Notes: generated from the letters alone by a model not told the origin. DNA of 28,949 nucleotides from Candidatus Hodarchaeota archaeon (GCA_016839785.1 JAEOTQ010000237.1:1-28949), one strand, 5' to 3'. Positions 1 to 10,157 are shown, counted from the first letter of the stretch. Made by a program: numbers and translations.

Positions 1-229
1 AGCATAACTTCTCGGTCTTAGAGATGCTCTTTCCCAAGCCTATCCCGTTTTGACCTTGTTTTCTTATTCTTCTCTCCAGAAGAATCTCCACTAGAAGCCA
101 CCATGAAGGAGGATCTCTCATTACAATAACTGAGAAACCTCACTAGGTTTCAGCTCCTCTATTTGGAGTTAGCTCGTCATATAGCGTTACGATACAGCTG
201 AGCCGCTAGTTCAGCCACCTACCACTCCA
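1..229 (-). ncRNA. ffs: Archaeal signal recognition particle (7S/SRP) RNA, 3' end cut off by the window edge
   Basis: Minus-strand reading gives the Alu domain: helix 3 GCUGA-ACUAGCGGC-UCAGC (215-197), UGUA turn (196-193), helix 4 UCGU-AACGCUAUAUG-ACGA (192-174), with loop-loop complementarity UAGCG/CGCUA. S domain: helix 6 AUUCUUCU-GGAG-AGAAGAAU (85-66, GNAR loop) and helix 8 GGUC..GGGAU-AGG-CUU-GGGA-AAG-AGC-AUCUC..GACC (55-14) with the SRP54-binding AGG/AGC loop and a GNRA tetraloop. 5' end is approximate. Confidence 0.93.
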
Positions 230-250
230 TCTGTAGATAACAAAGGGATT

Positions 251-266
251 TTTTTAAATCTCTTTA
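251..266 (-). promoter_or_regulatory. BRE/TATA promoter of the SRP RNA
   Basis: Minus strand reads TAAAGAGA-TTTAAAAA; the TATA box lies ~25 nt upstream of the inferred RNA 5' end. Confidence 0.6.
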
Positions 267-350
267 CACTCTATATTTTAAATTCGCACCTAGAAATATT
301 AAAGAAAGATCACTTTAATACGTCATACAGTTGAACAAGGCGAATCACCC

Positions 351-842
351 GTGTCTTTAACCAATGGCAATATAAAACACCCTAAAACAATCAAAGGTGT
401 GTTAACTGATATAGTGAACTCAATTGATGGAATATACTCTGGATTTTGTGTAGATAGTGATGGTTTACTAATCGAAGAAGTTAATTTAGCAGGAACTCTG
501 GGGAAGGAGAGTAGTATTATCTTATGTTCACTTGTCGCTGGTATTCAATCTAATATGGTTGATATTGGTCATGAGATTGGTAGTTCCCCTTGGATTTCAT
601 TCACTTCGGAAAGTAAAGACAATAAACTTGTTCTTAGCGCGGCTGGCGATATTGCTTTTATAGGTGTATTAACAGATCCCTACGTTGATTTAGAATTGTT
701 AAAATTGATATTAGGGCCAGGAGTTGATATGATATATCAGATTTTAAATCAAACACCAACAGCAAAGCCACCAAAAACCGAAATAACTGGATTTACTATT
801 TCAAAAAGGGAAATTGATGATATTCTAACATTAGAGGAATGA
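351..842 (+). CDS. Roadblock/LC7 (MglB-like) domain protein
   Basis: Roadblock pattern: helix, 'IDGIYSGFCVDSDGLLI', long helix, beta strands 'SFTSESKDNKLVLSAAGDIAFIGVLTD', final helix 'VDLELLKLIL'; C-terminal tail 'EIDDILTLEE'. Confidence 0.85.
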   Translation: MSLTNGNIKHPKTIKGVLTDIVNSIDGIYSGFCVDSDGLLIEEVNLAGTLGKESSIILCSLVAGIQSNMVDIGHEIGSSPWISFTSESKDNKLVLSAAGDIAFIGVLTDPYVDLELLKLILGPGVDMIYQILNQTPTAKPPKTEITGFTISKREIDDILTLEE

Positions 843-848
843 CGCTCA

Positions 849-1148
849 TTGGATAAACCTACTGTACGTGATTCACGTATTCCCTGCAGAAATTGTCCCA
901 AAGGGACATTATTCTGGAATCCAGAAGAGAAATTATATGTTTGTACTAATTGTGGAGTACAGGAAGCAGCGTTGAAAACATGGATAGACGCAGCTGAATA
1001 TCGCAAAAAAAAGAAAAAACGTAAACGAGAAAATGAAAGACAATGGGCTTTAGATATTCTAGGTGTGAAAGACAATTTAAAGAAACCCAAGAAATCTAAA
1101 AAAGAAGAAGAGTGGGCTGATATCATCGAAAAAGTAAGCAAAAAATGA
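849..1148 (+). CDS. Small zinc-ribbon protein with basic C-terminal helix
   Basis: CRNC...CTNC pairs, then a polybasic stretch YRKKKKKRKRE; TTG start 6 nt after the previous stop. Confidence 0.7.
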   Translation: MDKPTVRDSRIPCRNCPKGTLFWNPEEKLYVCTNCGVQEAALKTWIDAAEYRKKKKKRKRENERQWALDILGVKDNLKKPKKSKKEEEWADIIEKVSKK

Positions 1149-1203
1149 TCTACGAACGCAGCAGAATGAATATTCCCGAAGTATATGAAGGTGAGTTAAA
1201 ATC

Positions 1204-2520
1204 GTGAAGAAATTAAAGGAATCATCAGCCTACAGCGTACAATTCTTTCTTGCACATATCATCTTCGATGAGGAACATGGTCCAATACTCAAATCATTCA
1301 TGTCTGATAATATTGAGATTCCGAAGATTATTCTTCAAGGAGTTACCACAACTCTCTTCACGATGGCTGTAGGGGTAGGAGAACCAACGGGAGATCCAAA
1401 TACGGCCATTATTCCAATAAATGTCACTGGAATTCAGGGTAGAGTACTTATACATTCGTTTTCCATAGATGATCCAACAGCTCGGGGAAAAAATAGAATT
1501 GAGAGCTTTATGTTGTTTATCCCTCGCTCTCATCAGGATAAATTGTTACAGCACTCCTATGCCTTTACAAATATCCTTCAGAATGCAATTCGTGATATAC
1601 AGATTAATACTGATGAAATCGACAGTAAATTTGATTTAAATGATGTTTTTACAAATATTAAAAAAATTCTTCTGACAAGAATAGACAACGTTGTCCAGGA
1701 TAGAATTAGTGCAATTTGCACTGACAAAGAAACTGTAATTGTTTCCGACGGAACGATTAGAGCGATACACAATATAGTTCTTACACCTGAAATCATTTCA
1801 CTCGTAAATAAACTACCCTATCTTCTGAAAAATTACGGAGAGGAGCTTAAAAAGTATGGAACGTTCTTTGATGCCCTTCCCATTGAAGTTCACGGCAAAA
1901 CACATAGTAAACAACAATTTTACTTAATTACCATTGAAAATAATTTTATTTTAGCTTTCAGTTCTGGGAAAGGACGACTTGGAAGTTTGTTTCGCAGTTT
2001 CCGAGAAATCTTATGGGATCTAGATATCCAAGGCTCCCAACGGACAACTCTACGGATCCCAACTTTTGTTACTCATTATGAGGATAAATCAGGTAATACT
2101 CTCGATAATCAGTTCCTTAATTTAAGCTATGAAATATTGACAAATTTCTCACCAATAATATCAAATGCTTCACTATTGAAGTGTGCGTGCGATTTATCTA
2201 AGATTGAATCAGTAAGATTGAGTGACGCTAATGCAGGCAAAAAACATGCCTTTATCTGTGCAATATTTTCCATCATACATGAAATATGCGAACGCTTGTT
2301 CCGTACCTCCCTTATCGAGCTAGTTCTTTCTCAACATGGTTTTAATTCGATTGCATTGAAGTGGGCGGTAAGTAGTTCAAAAGAAACAGCCTTATTTATG
2401 GTAGGTGATTCTGTACGTGGAGTAGGATTGTTGAAACTTGTCGGTGATCAAATATTAGAGCATAAAGTAGAATCTGGCCCTCCGCTTAATGAAGTACGAT
2501 TGAAACCTGTCAGTGAATGA
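1204..2520 (+). CDS. Longin/uDENN-like N-terminal domain fused to probable tandem Roadblock-like domains
   Basis: N-terminal 'FFLAHIIFDEEHGPIL' matches the FDxxxGP motif of uDENN/longin domains. Two later segments end in Roadblock-like strand-strand-'lG.l' helix patterns (FILAFSSGKGRLGSLFRSFREI; ALFMVGDSVRGVGLLKLVGDQI). Confidence 0.6.
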   Translation: MKKLKESSAYSVQFFLAHIIFDEEHGPILKSFMSDNIEIPKIILQGVTTTLFTMAVGVGEPTGDPNTAIIPINVTGIQGRVLIHSFSIDDPTARGKNRIESFMLFIPRSHQDKLLQHSYAFTNILQNAIRDIQINTDEIDSKFDLNDVFTNIKKILLTRIDNVVQDRISAICTDKETVIVSDGTIRAIHNIVLTPEIISLVNKLPYLLKNYGEELKKYGTFFDALPIEVHGKTHSKQQFYLITIENNFILAFSSGKGRLGSLFRSFREILWDLDIQGSQRTTLRIPTFVTHYEDKSGNTLDNQFLNLSYEILTNFSPIISNASLLKCACDLSKIESVRLSDANAGKKHAFICAIFSIIHEICERLFRTSLIELVLSQHGFNSIALKWAVSSSKETALFMVGDSVRGVGLLKLVGDQILEHKVESGPPLNEVRLKPVSE

Positions 2521-3902
2521 TTATGGAACTTACTGTTGATCTACATGCTCATTCAGTGTTTGCAGGTGGAACTCAAGCGTTAAAACTAACTCCTGAAAAG
2601 TATTCAGAAAATAAGAAAAAGGCTGTTAACCATCTAAAAAAGACCAATGAAACAATGCCCTTGAAAGGGATCGATTTAATTGGAACAGGTGATTGTCAAT
2701 TTACTATTTGGACAGATATTTTAAAAGAAGTAGTTATTGAAGATACACCTGGGATTTTCTATCTTGAAGGGAATTTTCATACACGTTTTATTCTTCAAAC
2801 TGAAATCATATTTACTCTACCGATAAAAAAACACTCCAAAATAGTTCATATAGTCTTTTTGTTTCCGAATTTTACATCTGTTGAGTCTTTCAGAGATTTA
2901 TTGACCTCTTGGGACGTTAAACACGAAAAGATGGCTAGACCTTTTGTGAAGTGCGCATCACAAGCTCAAGTCTCGGATAGGATATTCAGAATTCTTGAGA
3001 TTGATCCCTTTATAGAAATAATACCAGCTCATATTATGACCCCTCAAGGAATTTTCGGGTCAAATATAAAGTTGACAAGACTTTCTGATTTTTTTGGTCC
3101 TGTTACTGACCGAATAAATATTTTAGAAACTGGACTGTCTGCAGATCCCCAATTTTTAGGATTAATTCCCGAGCTTGATACTAAAACGCTGATCTCAAAT
3201 TCTGATGCTCATTCAAGTGCTTTGCATCGTATGGGGCGGGAATTCACTGTTATAAGAGTCTCAAAAATAGAATATTCTCACATAATTCAAAGCTTACGAA
3301 GTAATAAAGTTGAATATACTGTTGAATTTCCCCCAGAAGAAGGAAGGTTCTTTTTAACTGGCCATCGAAGTGGAAGAAAAAAACCTGGAGTTCATGATAA
3401 CTCCCAATATTGCTATTTCTCACCTCAACATGTTCCTGAAGGTGATATTTGCCCTATCTGTCACAAAAATCTCACAATTGGTGTTTTTCAACGGTGTATG
3501 GAAGTCGCGAAAGCTCAAGGGATTAGTAGAAATTTAAACTCCATAATTCCTAAGCAAAAATTTATTCGTATGGTACCATTAATAGATATTCTCTCTAAAG
3601 CAAGAAACGTAAAAACTAGGACGTCTAAATTATTAATCAGGGATTACAAACACATAGTATCAATCATTGGCCCCGAGAACATATTATGGAAAATTACATT
3701 GGATGAAATGGAGGAAAAATTATCAGGTCAAGTTGATGAACCAATCTTAAACGCCCTTAGGCATGTGAAAAAGGGGAATTTTACTTTCTATCCATATGGG
3801 TATGACGGGGAATACGGGACACTTAAATTAGGAGAACAAGGAAATTTCCAAGATATTAAGGTTATTAAGTCCTCAACCCCCCTCCAACAAAAATTGTATT
3901 AA
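2517..3902 (+). CDS. endoQ: Endonuclease Q family (PHP domain plus Zn finger) DNA repair endonuclease
   Basis: DLHAHS, IGTGD, PAHIMTP, ETGLSADP, SNSDAHS, PEEGRFFLTGHR, CPIC..LTIGV, GYDGEYG. ATGA overlap with the upstream gene; the start could be 2523. Confidence 0.88.
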   Translation: MIMELTVDLHAHSVFAGGTQALKLTPEKYSENKKKAVNHLKKTNETMPLKGIDLIGTGDCQFTIWTDILKEVVIEDTPGIFYLEGNFHTRFILQTEIIFTLPIKKHSKIVHIVFLFPNFTSVESFRDLLTSWDVKHEKMARPFVKCASQAQVSDRIFRILEIDPFIEIIPAHIMTPQGIFGSNIKLTRLSDFFGPVTDRINILETGLSADPQFLGLIPELDTKTLISNSDAHSSALHRMGREFTVIRVSKIEYSHIIQSLRSNKVEYTVEFPPEEGRFFLTGHRSGRKKPGVHDNSQYCYFSPQHVPEGDICPICHKNLTIGVFQRCMEVAKAQGISRNLNSIIPKQKFIRMVPLIDILSKARNVKTRTSKLLIRDYKHIVSIIGPENILWKITLDEMEEKLSGQVDEPILNALRHVKKGNFTFYPYGYDGEYGTLKLGEQGNFQDIKVIKSSTPLQQKLY

Positions 3903-3966
3903 TCCATAATTCAACAAAAATCATTAGGACAAAAAGGGAAGAATATGGATTAACAGGAGACATTTT

Positions 3967-5220
3967 ATGGTATCCGTCCCTGCTACTCAAGAAGAGTGTT
4001 TAAGATGTAAAGGGGGTAAGATGTTATGTGGTCTGACATTTTGCCCTATTGTTTTACGATCTCGAGCGCTTATTCCTTTGAGAAAGGCTATCCCGAAATT
4101 GAAAAATGATTATTACGGGCCAAGTCCCCCAAGTATATTTGTTGGTAGATATGGTTATCCCAAAGTAAGAGTAGGACCTATGGCTACCCTTGGATCCGAT
4201 ATTGTTGATATAGTGGATGAACCTGATCATTGGAAAACAAGAATGTCAATGGCAGATATTGTCGGATTTCGTGCAAAACTCTTACGATTCATAGCACCTC
4301 CAATAGAGGTTGAAAATGCCTCAAATCCTACACGGCTAATTGAAATTACTCAAGATCAGGTTCAATCTTCTATCCCAGTCGATTTAGAAATAAAATTCGA
4401 TAAACGACCTCGAATAGGGATGAGTTTTAGTCGATTTAATCAACCAATGGGCGCTCATGTTCAGTTTTCATCAGTTCAATTAGCTTCCACCCCAAAAATT
4501 TCCTATAATACTGATAAGATAGTATCTGATACAGATATGTATTCTAATGAGGCCATATCACAATTATATAAGGGAAAACATACTGTAACTCAAATCACAA
4601 GATTATTTTCATCTGGGCTATTAGGATTGACAAAAAATCGACGTTTCGTGCCCACACGTTGGAGTATTACAGCAGTTGACGATATTATTGGCAAACACCT
4701 CAGAAATCAAATTCGAGATTTCTCAGAGATATCTACTCATCTTGTTTTTCACAATAGCTACCTAGATAATGATTTTTGGATCCTATTCATACCAAAACAT
4801 GAATGGTTCTTTAATTATCATGAAGCATGGAAACAGAAGAGCGCTTGGAATTTAGGAGGAAGAAAACCAACAATTCTGACAGATGTCGAGGGACCAAAGG
4901 GGCGTACATCTTACGCATCTAATACAGTAGGAGGGTATTATGCTGCAAGGTTGGCAATTCAGGAGAAGCTTGTTCAAATGCGAAGGAAAGCTGCCGTACT
5001 TGCTTTTCGTGAAGTAGGTGTTGGATATGCCATACCTCTTGGAGTTTGGCAGGTTCGAGAGAATATGCGTCAAGCTCTCACTCATAAACCGAAGTCCTTT
5101 TCCTCGTTAGAAACTGCTTTACAATTCATTTCAAAGAGATTAACAATCCCAATGAAATACTATCGCCGAAAAAGCCCTTTATTATATAGATCATCACTAG
5201 ATCAATTTTTAGAGTTTTAA
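3967..5220 (+). CDS. nreA: Nre family archaeal DNA repair protein (DUF650/DUF651)
   Basis: CLRCKG..LCG...CP, GPSPPSIFVGRYGYPKV, RRFVPTRWSITAVDD, GGYYAARL, PLGVWQVREN; C-terminal PIP-like RSSLDQFL. Confidence 0.92.
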   Translation: MVSVPATQEECLRCKGGKMLCGLTFCPIVLRSRALIPLRKAIPKLKNDYYGPSPPSIFVGRYGYPKVRVGPMATLGSDIVDIVDEPDHWKTRMSMADIVGFRAKLLRFIAPPIEVENASNPTRLIEITQDQVQSSIPVDLEIKFDKRPRIGMSFSRFNQPMGAHVQFSSVQLASTPKISYNTDKIVSDTDMYSNEAISQLYKGKHTVTQITRLFSSGLLGLTKNRRFVPTRWSITAVDDIIGKHLRNQIRDFSEISTHLVFHNSYLDNDFWILFIPKHEWFFNYHEAWKQKSAWNLGGRKPTILTDVEGPKGRTSYASNTVGGYYAARLAIQEKLVQMRRKAAVLAFREVGVGYAIPLGVWQVRENMRQALTHKPKSFSSLETALQFISKRLTIPMKYYRRKSPLLYRSSLDQFLEF

Positions 5221-5359
5221 AACGAAGTGAAGAACGAATTTAATTTTCCGTAGAAGTAAAATTTAACTAATCATGGACAATATGGATATTCATGAGGATT
5301 TAGCTCTGAGTTTACAACTAAACACCCTTATTATTAATTTCTATAAGAGGAAGATATGA

Positions 5360-5716
5360 ATGGTTTATCGGGAATCAATCACTTCTGCGATTACTCGCTA
5401 CTTCTTATTTAATGGTATGTTTCGTGAGGGAGAGGAAACTATGACTTTTGAATATGCAGACGCGAATCTTGTTGAAGTGGAAGAATCCTTAGAGAAGGAA
5501 TTCACAGGAAGCGCTAGAAAATTTACAGTAGATCTCGATAATTTCGATGAAGAGAACAATTATGCAGAAATCCTAGTCGGATTTACTGTGTGGCCTTACG
5601 AAGATGATGATTCTGAAATTGTCTTGATAGTGAATTCAATCCATGATGAACTGGAAAAAGTGGGTTTTGTTGAAGACGATAGATATTACGTTGGAGATGG
5701 GCCCGATATCCGCTAG
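5360..5716 (+). CDS. Small acidic hypothetical protein
   Basis: 118-aa ORF with AGAGG upstream and natural acidic composition; its stop overlaps the convergent gene's stop in CTAG (5713-5716). Confidence 0.65.
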   Translation: MVYRESITSAITRYFLFNGMFREGEETMTFEYADANLVEVEESLEKEFTGSARKFTVDLDNFDEENNYAEILVGFTVWPYEDDDSEIVLIVNSIHDELEKVGFVEDDRYYVGDGPDIR

Positions 5717-6666
5717 CTCCATAATTGATGAAAATCTTGGATTTGCGATCCGTAGATTCTCCTGAAGGTCTGATGGACAGATTGAGGTGGAACTAAACCT
5801 GCTTCGGTGATATAAGCAGAAATATTACCCCGATCAATGGTTTCAAATGCGGGGTTAAGAACTCTTACTCCTTCAGGACAGTCTTCATCCCAGATTTCGG
5901 TAGGCGAGCGCATCTCTATTTCGCTTAAACGGCCAATACTTGTAGCTTGGTCATATTTCAGAAGAGATGTGCAAATATAAAGCGGAATATGTTCTTCTTC
6001 TGAAGCTAAGGCACATAAACGTGATCCAATTTTATTAAGAGCAACTCCTTCCACTGTAATTGCATCTGCCCCTAGAAATATCATATGAGGATTAAATGAG
6101 TTCATAGCCCATCGCATTGCAGAATCCACGACATGAGTTACTCGAATATTCTTCTCTGCAAGAATTTTTGCCGTTTTTCGACCCTGAAACAGGGGTCTTG
6201 TCTCTGTGTTAATTACGTCAAAGTCTTTTCCTTGTTTTGCGGCCTCTAAGAATATACCAACACTAATTGATGAATGGCAGTGCGTCAGAACCCTAGATCC
6301 ATCCCTAATGCGTTCAGCTCCAATTTTAAATATCCGCTTTTTGGCATCATCAATCAACTTAACGTATTCTTTACCAAGGTTTGATGCAGCCTCTTTTCCT
6401 TCACGTCTTAATCCTGTCATGACATATCGAAGACCATTTCTTAAAGCGGGTTCAGTAACTCTAACAAAGCTTAATTCCTCAACAAGTGATTCAAGGTGGA
6501 TGAAAAGTTCTTCATCTTTCAAGGGAACAGATTCAGCATGTTTAGCGAACGCTTCCACCCCAAAAATCGCTACGTTTGTTGCCCCTTGAATTTTCAGTGT
6601 TTTTATATCATCCATTGTTTGGCGTAGTTGTTTATATTCCGTTGTTTCGTAAATGCGGGAAGACAT
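5713..6666 (-). CDS. Ribose-1,5-bisphosphate isomerase / eIF2B regulatory-subunit family protein
   Basis: IQGAT, LTHCHS (catalytic Cys position), TETRP, VVDSA, LGADAI (catalytic Asp position), NKIGS, NPAFE, YITEAG. Confidence 0.85.
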   Translation of the reverse strand: MSSRIYETTEYKQLRQTMDDIKTLKIQGATNVAIFGVEAFAKHAESVPLKDEELFIHLESLVEELSFVRVTEPALRNGLRYVMTGLRREGKEAASNLGKEYVKLIDDAKKRIFKIGAERIRDGSRVLTHCHSSISVGIFLEAAKQGKDFDVINTETRPLFQGRKTAKILAEKNIRVTHVVDSAMRWAMNSFNPHMIFLGADAITVEGVALNKIGSRLCALASEEEHIPLYICTSLLKYDQATSIGRLSEIEMRSPTEIWDEDCPEGVRVLNPAFETIDRGNISAYITEAGLVPPQSVHQTFRRIYGSQIQDFHQLWS

Positions 6667-6885
6667 CAGTGATTCATCTCAATAACTCTGAAATATTTAC
6701 TAGGTATTCTTTTAAAAATTTAATTATGCTTAGATATTGAATATATTGGAGGCGATCCCATAGGTTTTAGTAAGTAAAAGGTTATCAGTAATTATATAAC
6801 ACCAACGAAGTCGAAAAGAAATTACGAAACATTCGCACCATTTCGCCTCAAGTTGTCCAAAATATCCAAGATTTGTGAAAAAACT

Positions 6886-7821
6886 ATGTCAAGCATCCTC
6901 AGAAGAATATTCAAGGGAAAAGAACAACAGCATCAGATTGTCATTATTGGCCTTGACAGTGCGGGTAAAACAACCATTGTTAATCGACTTTTACGTTCCG
7001 AATTTATACCCACAACGAGAACTCTAGGTGTAAACTATCGAACTGTTAAATATCGTCAAATTATGTTTAGCTTGATTGATCTTGGGGGACAAGAAATTTA
7101 TAGGAACTTGCTTTGGCAACCCTCTCTTGAAAAAGCAGATGCAATTGTATTTGTGCTTGATAGTGCCGATCTTCGTATTAATGAGGCTTCCAAAGCTTTT
7201 TGGGAATCAATCCAACAAAACGAAAATGCACCAGTCTTATTTATAGCAAATAAAATTGATCTTCCTGGTGCTCGTACATTTGATACAATCGTACAAGATT
7301 TGGATTTAACGCGCGCAACTCGTTCATCTCGACCAGTTGGGCTTTTTAGAATATCAGCAAAGACGGGTGAAAATTTCTACGATGCATTTGATTGGTTAGC
7401 TGATGTTGTGGTAGGTTCCGAATCAGTTTTCAAATGTAAATTAAGAGTGGTCATTCTAATCGATTTAGAATCTCTTAAAATTTGGACTACAAAGTTTTCT
7501 CCCCTTAGGAACGAAGTCCTTGACGAATTCAACAAGAGTATATCGGAGACAATGCAAGATCTCATGAAAGAACCAGCAGGGATGGAAGTGATTATTGCCT
7601 CTGACCTGCAATTAGTGGTTGTAAAAAATCACCCTCTTGTAGTAGGATTAATAATTGGTTATTCGGATTCTGTTGTTCGATCTAAATTGATTGCTGACCG
7701 ACTAATGAATACAGCAAGTTCATCTATAGAAATTGGAGAGTTCAGTTCTCCTGTTTTAACTAAGCTTCTTAAACGTCAATGGCCCTTAGATATCTACAAA
7801 CCGAAAGCTCAAGAAGACTAG
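6886..7821 (+). CDS. Arf/Sar-like small GTPase with C-terminal longin/Roadblock-like domain
   Basis: G1 GLDSAGKTT, G2 PTTRTLG, G3 DLGGQ, G4 NKID, G5 SAK. ATG 6886 gives an amphipathic N-helix MSSILRRIF and is preferred over TTG 6853. About 130-aa alpha/beta C-terminal extension. Confidence 0.88.
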   Translation: MSSILRRIFKGKEQQHQIVIIGLDSAGKTTIVNRLLRSEFIPTTRTLGVNYRTVKYRQIMFSLIDLGGQEIYRNLLWQPSLEKADAIVFVLDSADLRINEASKAFWESIQQNENAPVLFIANKIDLPGARTFDTIVQDLDLTRATRSSRPVGLFRISAKTGENFYDAFDWLADVVVGSESVFKCKLRVVILIDLESLKIWTTKFSPLRNEVLDEFNKSISETMQDLMKEPAGMEVIIASDLQLVVVKNHPLVVGLIIGYSDSVVRSKLIADRLMNTASSSIEIGEFSSPVLTKLLKRQWPLDIYKPKAQED

Positions 7822-7850
7822 ATTTTTGGGATATATTCGGCAGAAAAATA

Positions 7851-10157
7851 CTAAAGATACCCTCTGATGTCCAGGATATCTTTCCGAGCAATTTCTGATT
7901 TACCTAGCAATTTTTTCTCGAGTTCCTCAAACTCTCTAACGATATGTTCATTTGCGCTTGGGTGTACAGCCTTTTTTGCTTCAAGAAAATGTTTCATGGA
8001 GATTTCTTTTATTTCCAAATCTTCACGTAGAGCAATCATAACGGCTTCTCGACAAATAGCAGCAATATCTGCTCCAACATACCCCGAAAGATCAGTGGCA
8101 AATTTATTCAAATCGACATCTGCGGCTAAGCTCATTCCCTTTGTATGGATGTCAAAAATTTTCCTACGACTCTCGACTTCAGGTGGTGGAACAAGTAATA
8201 AACGATCAAATCTACCAGAACGTAATAGAGCAGGATCTATCATATCTGGACGATTACTGGCTCCTAAAACTACTACATCCTGTAAACTTTCTAATCCATC
8301 AATAAGAGAGAGAATCTGATTTACAACATTCTCCATAACGTGATCTCCTCCACTAAATGCCCCGCGTCGGGGAGCAATAGCATCCAATTCGTCTAGAAAA
8401 ATTATTGAGGGAGAGGCTTGTTTGGCTTTCCTGAAAATATTACGGACATGTTTTTCACTTTCTCCAACCCATTTAGAAAGTAATTCTGGCCCCCGTATTG
8501 CTATGAAATTCGCTTGGCTCTCCGTTGCCACAGCTTTCGCTAATAAAGTTTTTCCAGTACCTGGTGGGCCATATAGAAGTATCCCGTGAGGTGGACTGAC
8601 TCCATGCCTGTTAAAAATTTCAGGACGATTGATAGGCAATTCCACTGCTTCTATCAATTGTTGCTTGACGTTTTCTAATCCTCCCACATCCTCCCACCGG
8701 GTATTTGGAATCTCCAATAAAACTTCTCTCATTGCAGAGGGTTCAGTAATTTTTAATGCCTCGTCAAAATTCTCTTTGGAAACAACAAGAATAGAGAGAA
8801 TTTCTGGTGTTAAAGGCTTATCAAAATCAATCTGGGGTAGTATTTTCCTAAGTGTGTGCATTGCCGCCTCTTTTGTAAGAGCTGCAATGTCTGCACCAAC
8901 AAAGCCATGAGTTTTTGCTGCATATTTTTTTAAATCTACATCCTGATCAATAGGCATTCCCCGTGTGTGGACAAGTAGAACCTCATATCTACCATTGCGA
9001 TCAGGGACTCCAATTTCGATCTCTCTATCAAATCTTCCTGGACGTCTTAATGCAGGATCAAGGGCGTTCGGTCGATTTGTTGCTCCGATTACAATTACTT
9101 TTCCTCTACTTTTCAAACCATCCATGAGAGCAAGTAGTTGAGCAACTACTCTCCTTTCTACCTCCCCAGTAACTTCCTCACGTTTTACTGCAATAGAATC
9201 AAGTTCATCTATGAAAATAATACTTGGAGCGTCTTTTTCCGCCTGTTGAAATATTTCTCGTATTCGTTGTTCACTTTCTCCATAAAATTTGGACATGATT
9301 TCAGGTCCAGCAATAGAAACAAAGTTTACTCCAGATTCATTTGCGACTGCTTTTGCTAATAACGTTTTCCCTGTGCCAGGTGGCCCATGTAACAAAACAC
9401 CTTTTGGAGGATCAATACCCAATCTCTGGAACAGCTCTGGGTGCTTCATGGGTAGCTCAATCATTTCTCTAACTCGTTTGATTTCTTCAGCAAGTCCTCC
9501 AATGTCTTCATAGGTTACTCTCGATAGCATCCGAAGATCTTTAGGAGCCTCTTCAATAATTTTTACTTCTGTTCCTTCCCCAATTATTATTATTCCTTCA
9601 GGATCCGTGGAAACAACAACTACTTTTATTTCGCCTAAACTAACAGGGCTACTTGTGGTATTAAAGAAACGTGAAATAAAATCATCCATTCCAGCCCCAG
9701 TAGATGCGCCAGATGGTGGAATTTTTCGAATTTGTCCAGTTATGACCAAGAGATCACCGCGTGAAATTGGACGGTTTTGAAGGCGTTCTCGAATTATTTC
9801 GGCGCGTACTAATAACCGAATTCGTTCCTCGGCTGGTGCTATAGTAATTCGCTTTGCAACACGTTTTTCAATTGGTTTAACTGTGACAGTTTCGCCTAAA
9901 CTTGTTCCTACGTTTCCTCGGATCAATCCATCCATTCTAACAATTTTTTTTCCGCGATCCTCACGTCTCCCCGGGATTACCAATGCACCAGTTTTACGTG
10001 CTCCAGCTCTCTCACTGGAAAGCTCAACAATATCCCCAGTTTCTAAACCAAAATCACGCATGATTGCATAATCTATCCGTACCAATCCACGGCCAACATC
10101 ACTTTGATTGGCTTCCGCTACTTTCAATGTCAGAGCTTTGTTATTATTACTTACCAT
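7851..10157 (-). CDS. cdc48: CDC48/VCP/VAT type II AAA+ ATPase
   Basis: N-domain ([10 protein letters not shown]), two AAA modules (GPPGTGKT twice; FIDELD/FLDELD; [15 protein letters not shown]), C-terminal GYL resembling an HbYX motif. Confidence 0.96.
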   Translation of the reverse strand: MVSNNNKALTLKVAEANQSDVGRGLVRIDYAIMRDFGLETGDIVELSSERAGARKTGALVIPGRREDRGKKIVRMDGLIRGNVGTSLGETVTVKPIEKRVAKRITIAPAEERIRLLVRAEIIRERLQNRPISRGDLLVITGQIRKIPPSGASTGAGMDDFISRFFNTTSSPVSLGEIKVVVVSTDPEGIIIIGEGTEVKIIEEAPKDLRMLSRVTYEDIGGLAEEIKRVREMIELPMKHPELFQRLGIDPPKGVLLHGPPGTGKTLLAKAVANESGVNFVSIAGPEIMSKFYGESEQRIREIFQQAEKDAPSIIFIDELDSIAVKREEVTGEVERRVVAQLLALMDGLKSRGKVIVIGATNRPNALDPALRRPGRFDREIEIGVPDRNGRYEVLLVHTRGMPIDQDVDLKKYAAKTHGFVGADIAALTKEAAMHTLRKILPQIDFDKPLTPEILSILVVSKENFDEALKITEPSAMREVLLEIPNTRWEDVGGLENVKQQLIEAVELPINRPEIFNRHGVSPPHGILLYGPPGTGKTLLAKAVATESQANFIAIRGPELLSKWVGESEKHVRNIFRKAKQASPSIIFLDELDAIAPRRGAFSGGDHVMENVVNQILSLIDGLESLQDVVVLGASNRPDMIDPALLRSGRFDRLLLVPPPEVESRRKIFDIHTKGMSLAADVDLNKFATDLSGYVGADIAAICREAVMIALREDLEIKEISMKHFLEAKKAVHPSANEHIVREFEELEKKLLGKSEIARKDILDIRGYL

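Noticed and set aside
1-229. RNase P RNA or a truncated CDS
   Set aside because: No RNase P P4 motifs (GAGGAAAGUCC-like); the SRP helix 6, helix 8 and Alu features explain the region.
1000-1030. Nuclear-localisation-like polybasic tract or slippery A-run in the Zn-ribbon gene
   Set aside because: The frame is intact, and a basic nucleic-acid-binding helix explains it in an archaeon.
5713-5716. Two convergent stops sharing CTAG
   Set aside because: Ordinary compact convergent gene arrangement.
9640-9730. Insert in the CDC48 N-domain ([19 protein letters not shown])
   Set aside because: Similar low-complexity inserts with FxxFF character are common in archaeal CDC48 proteins; not an intein.
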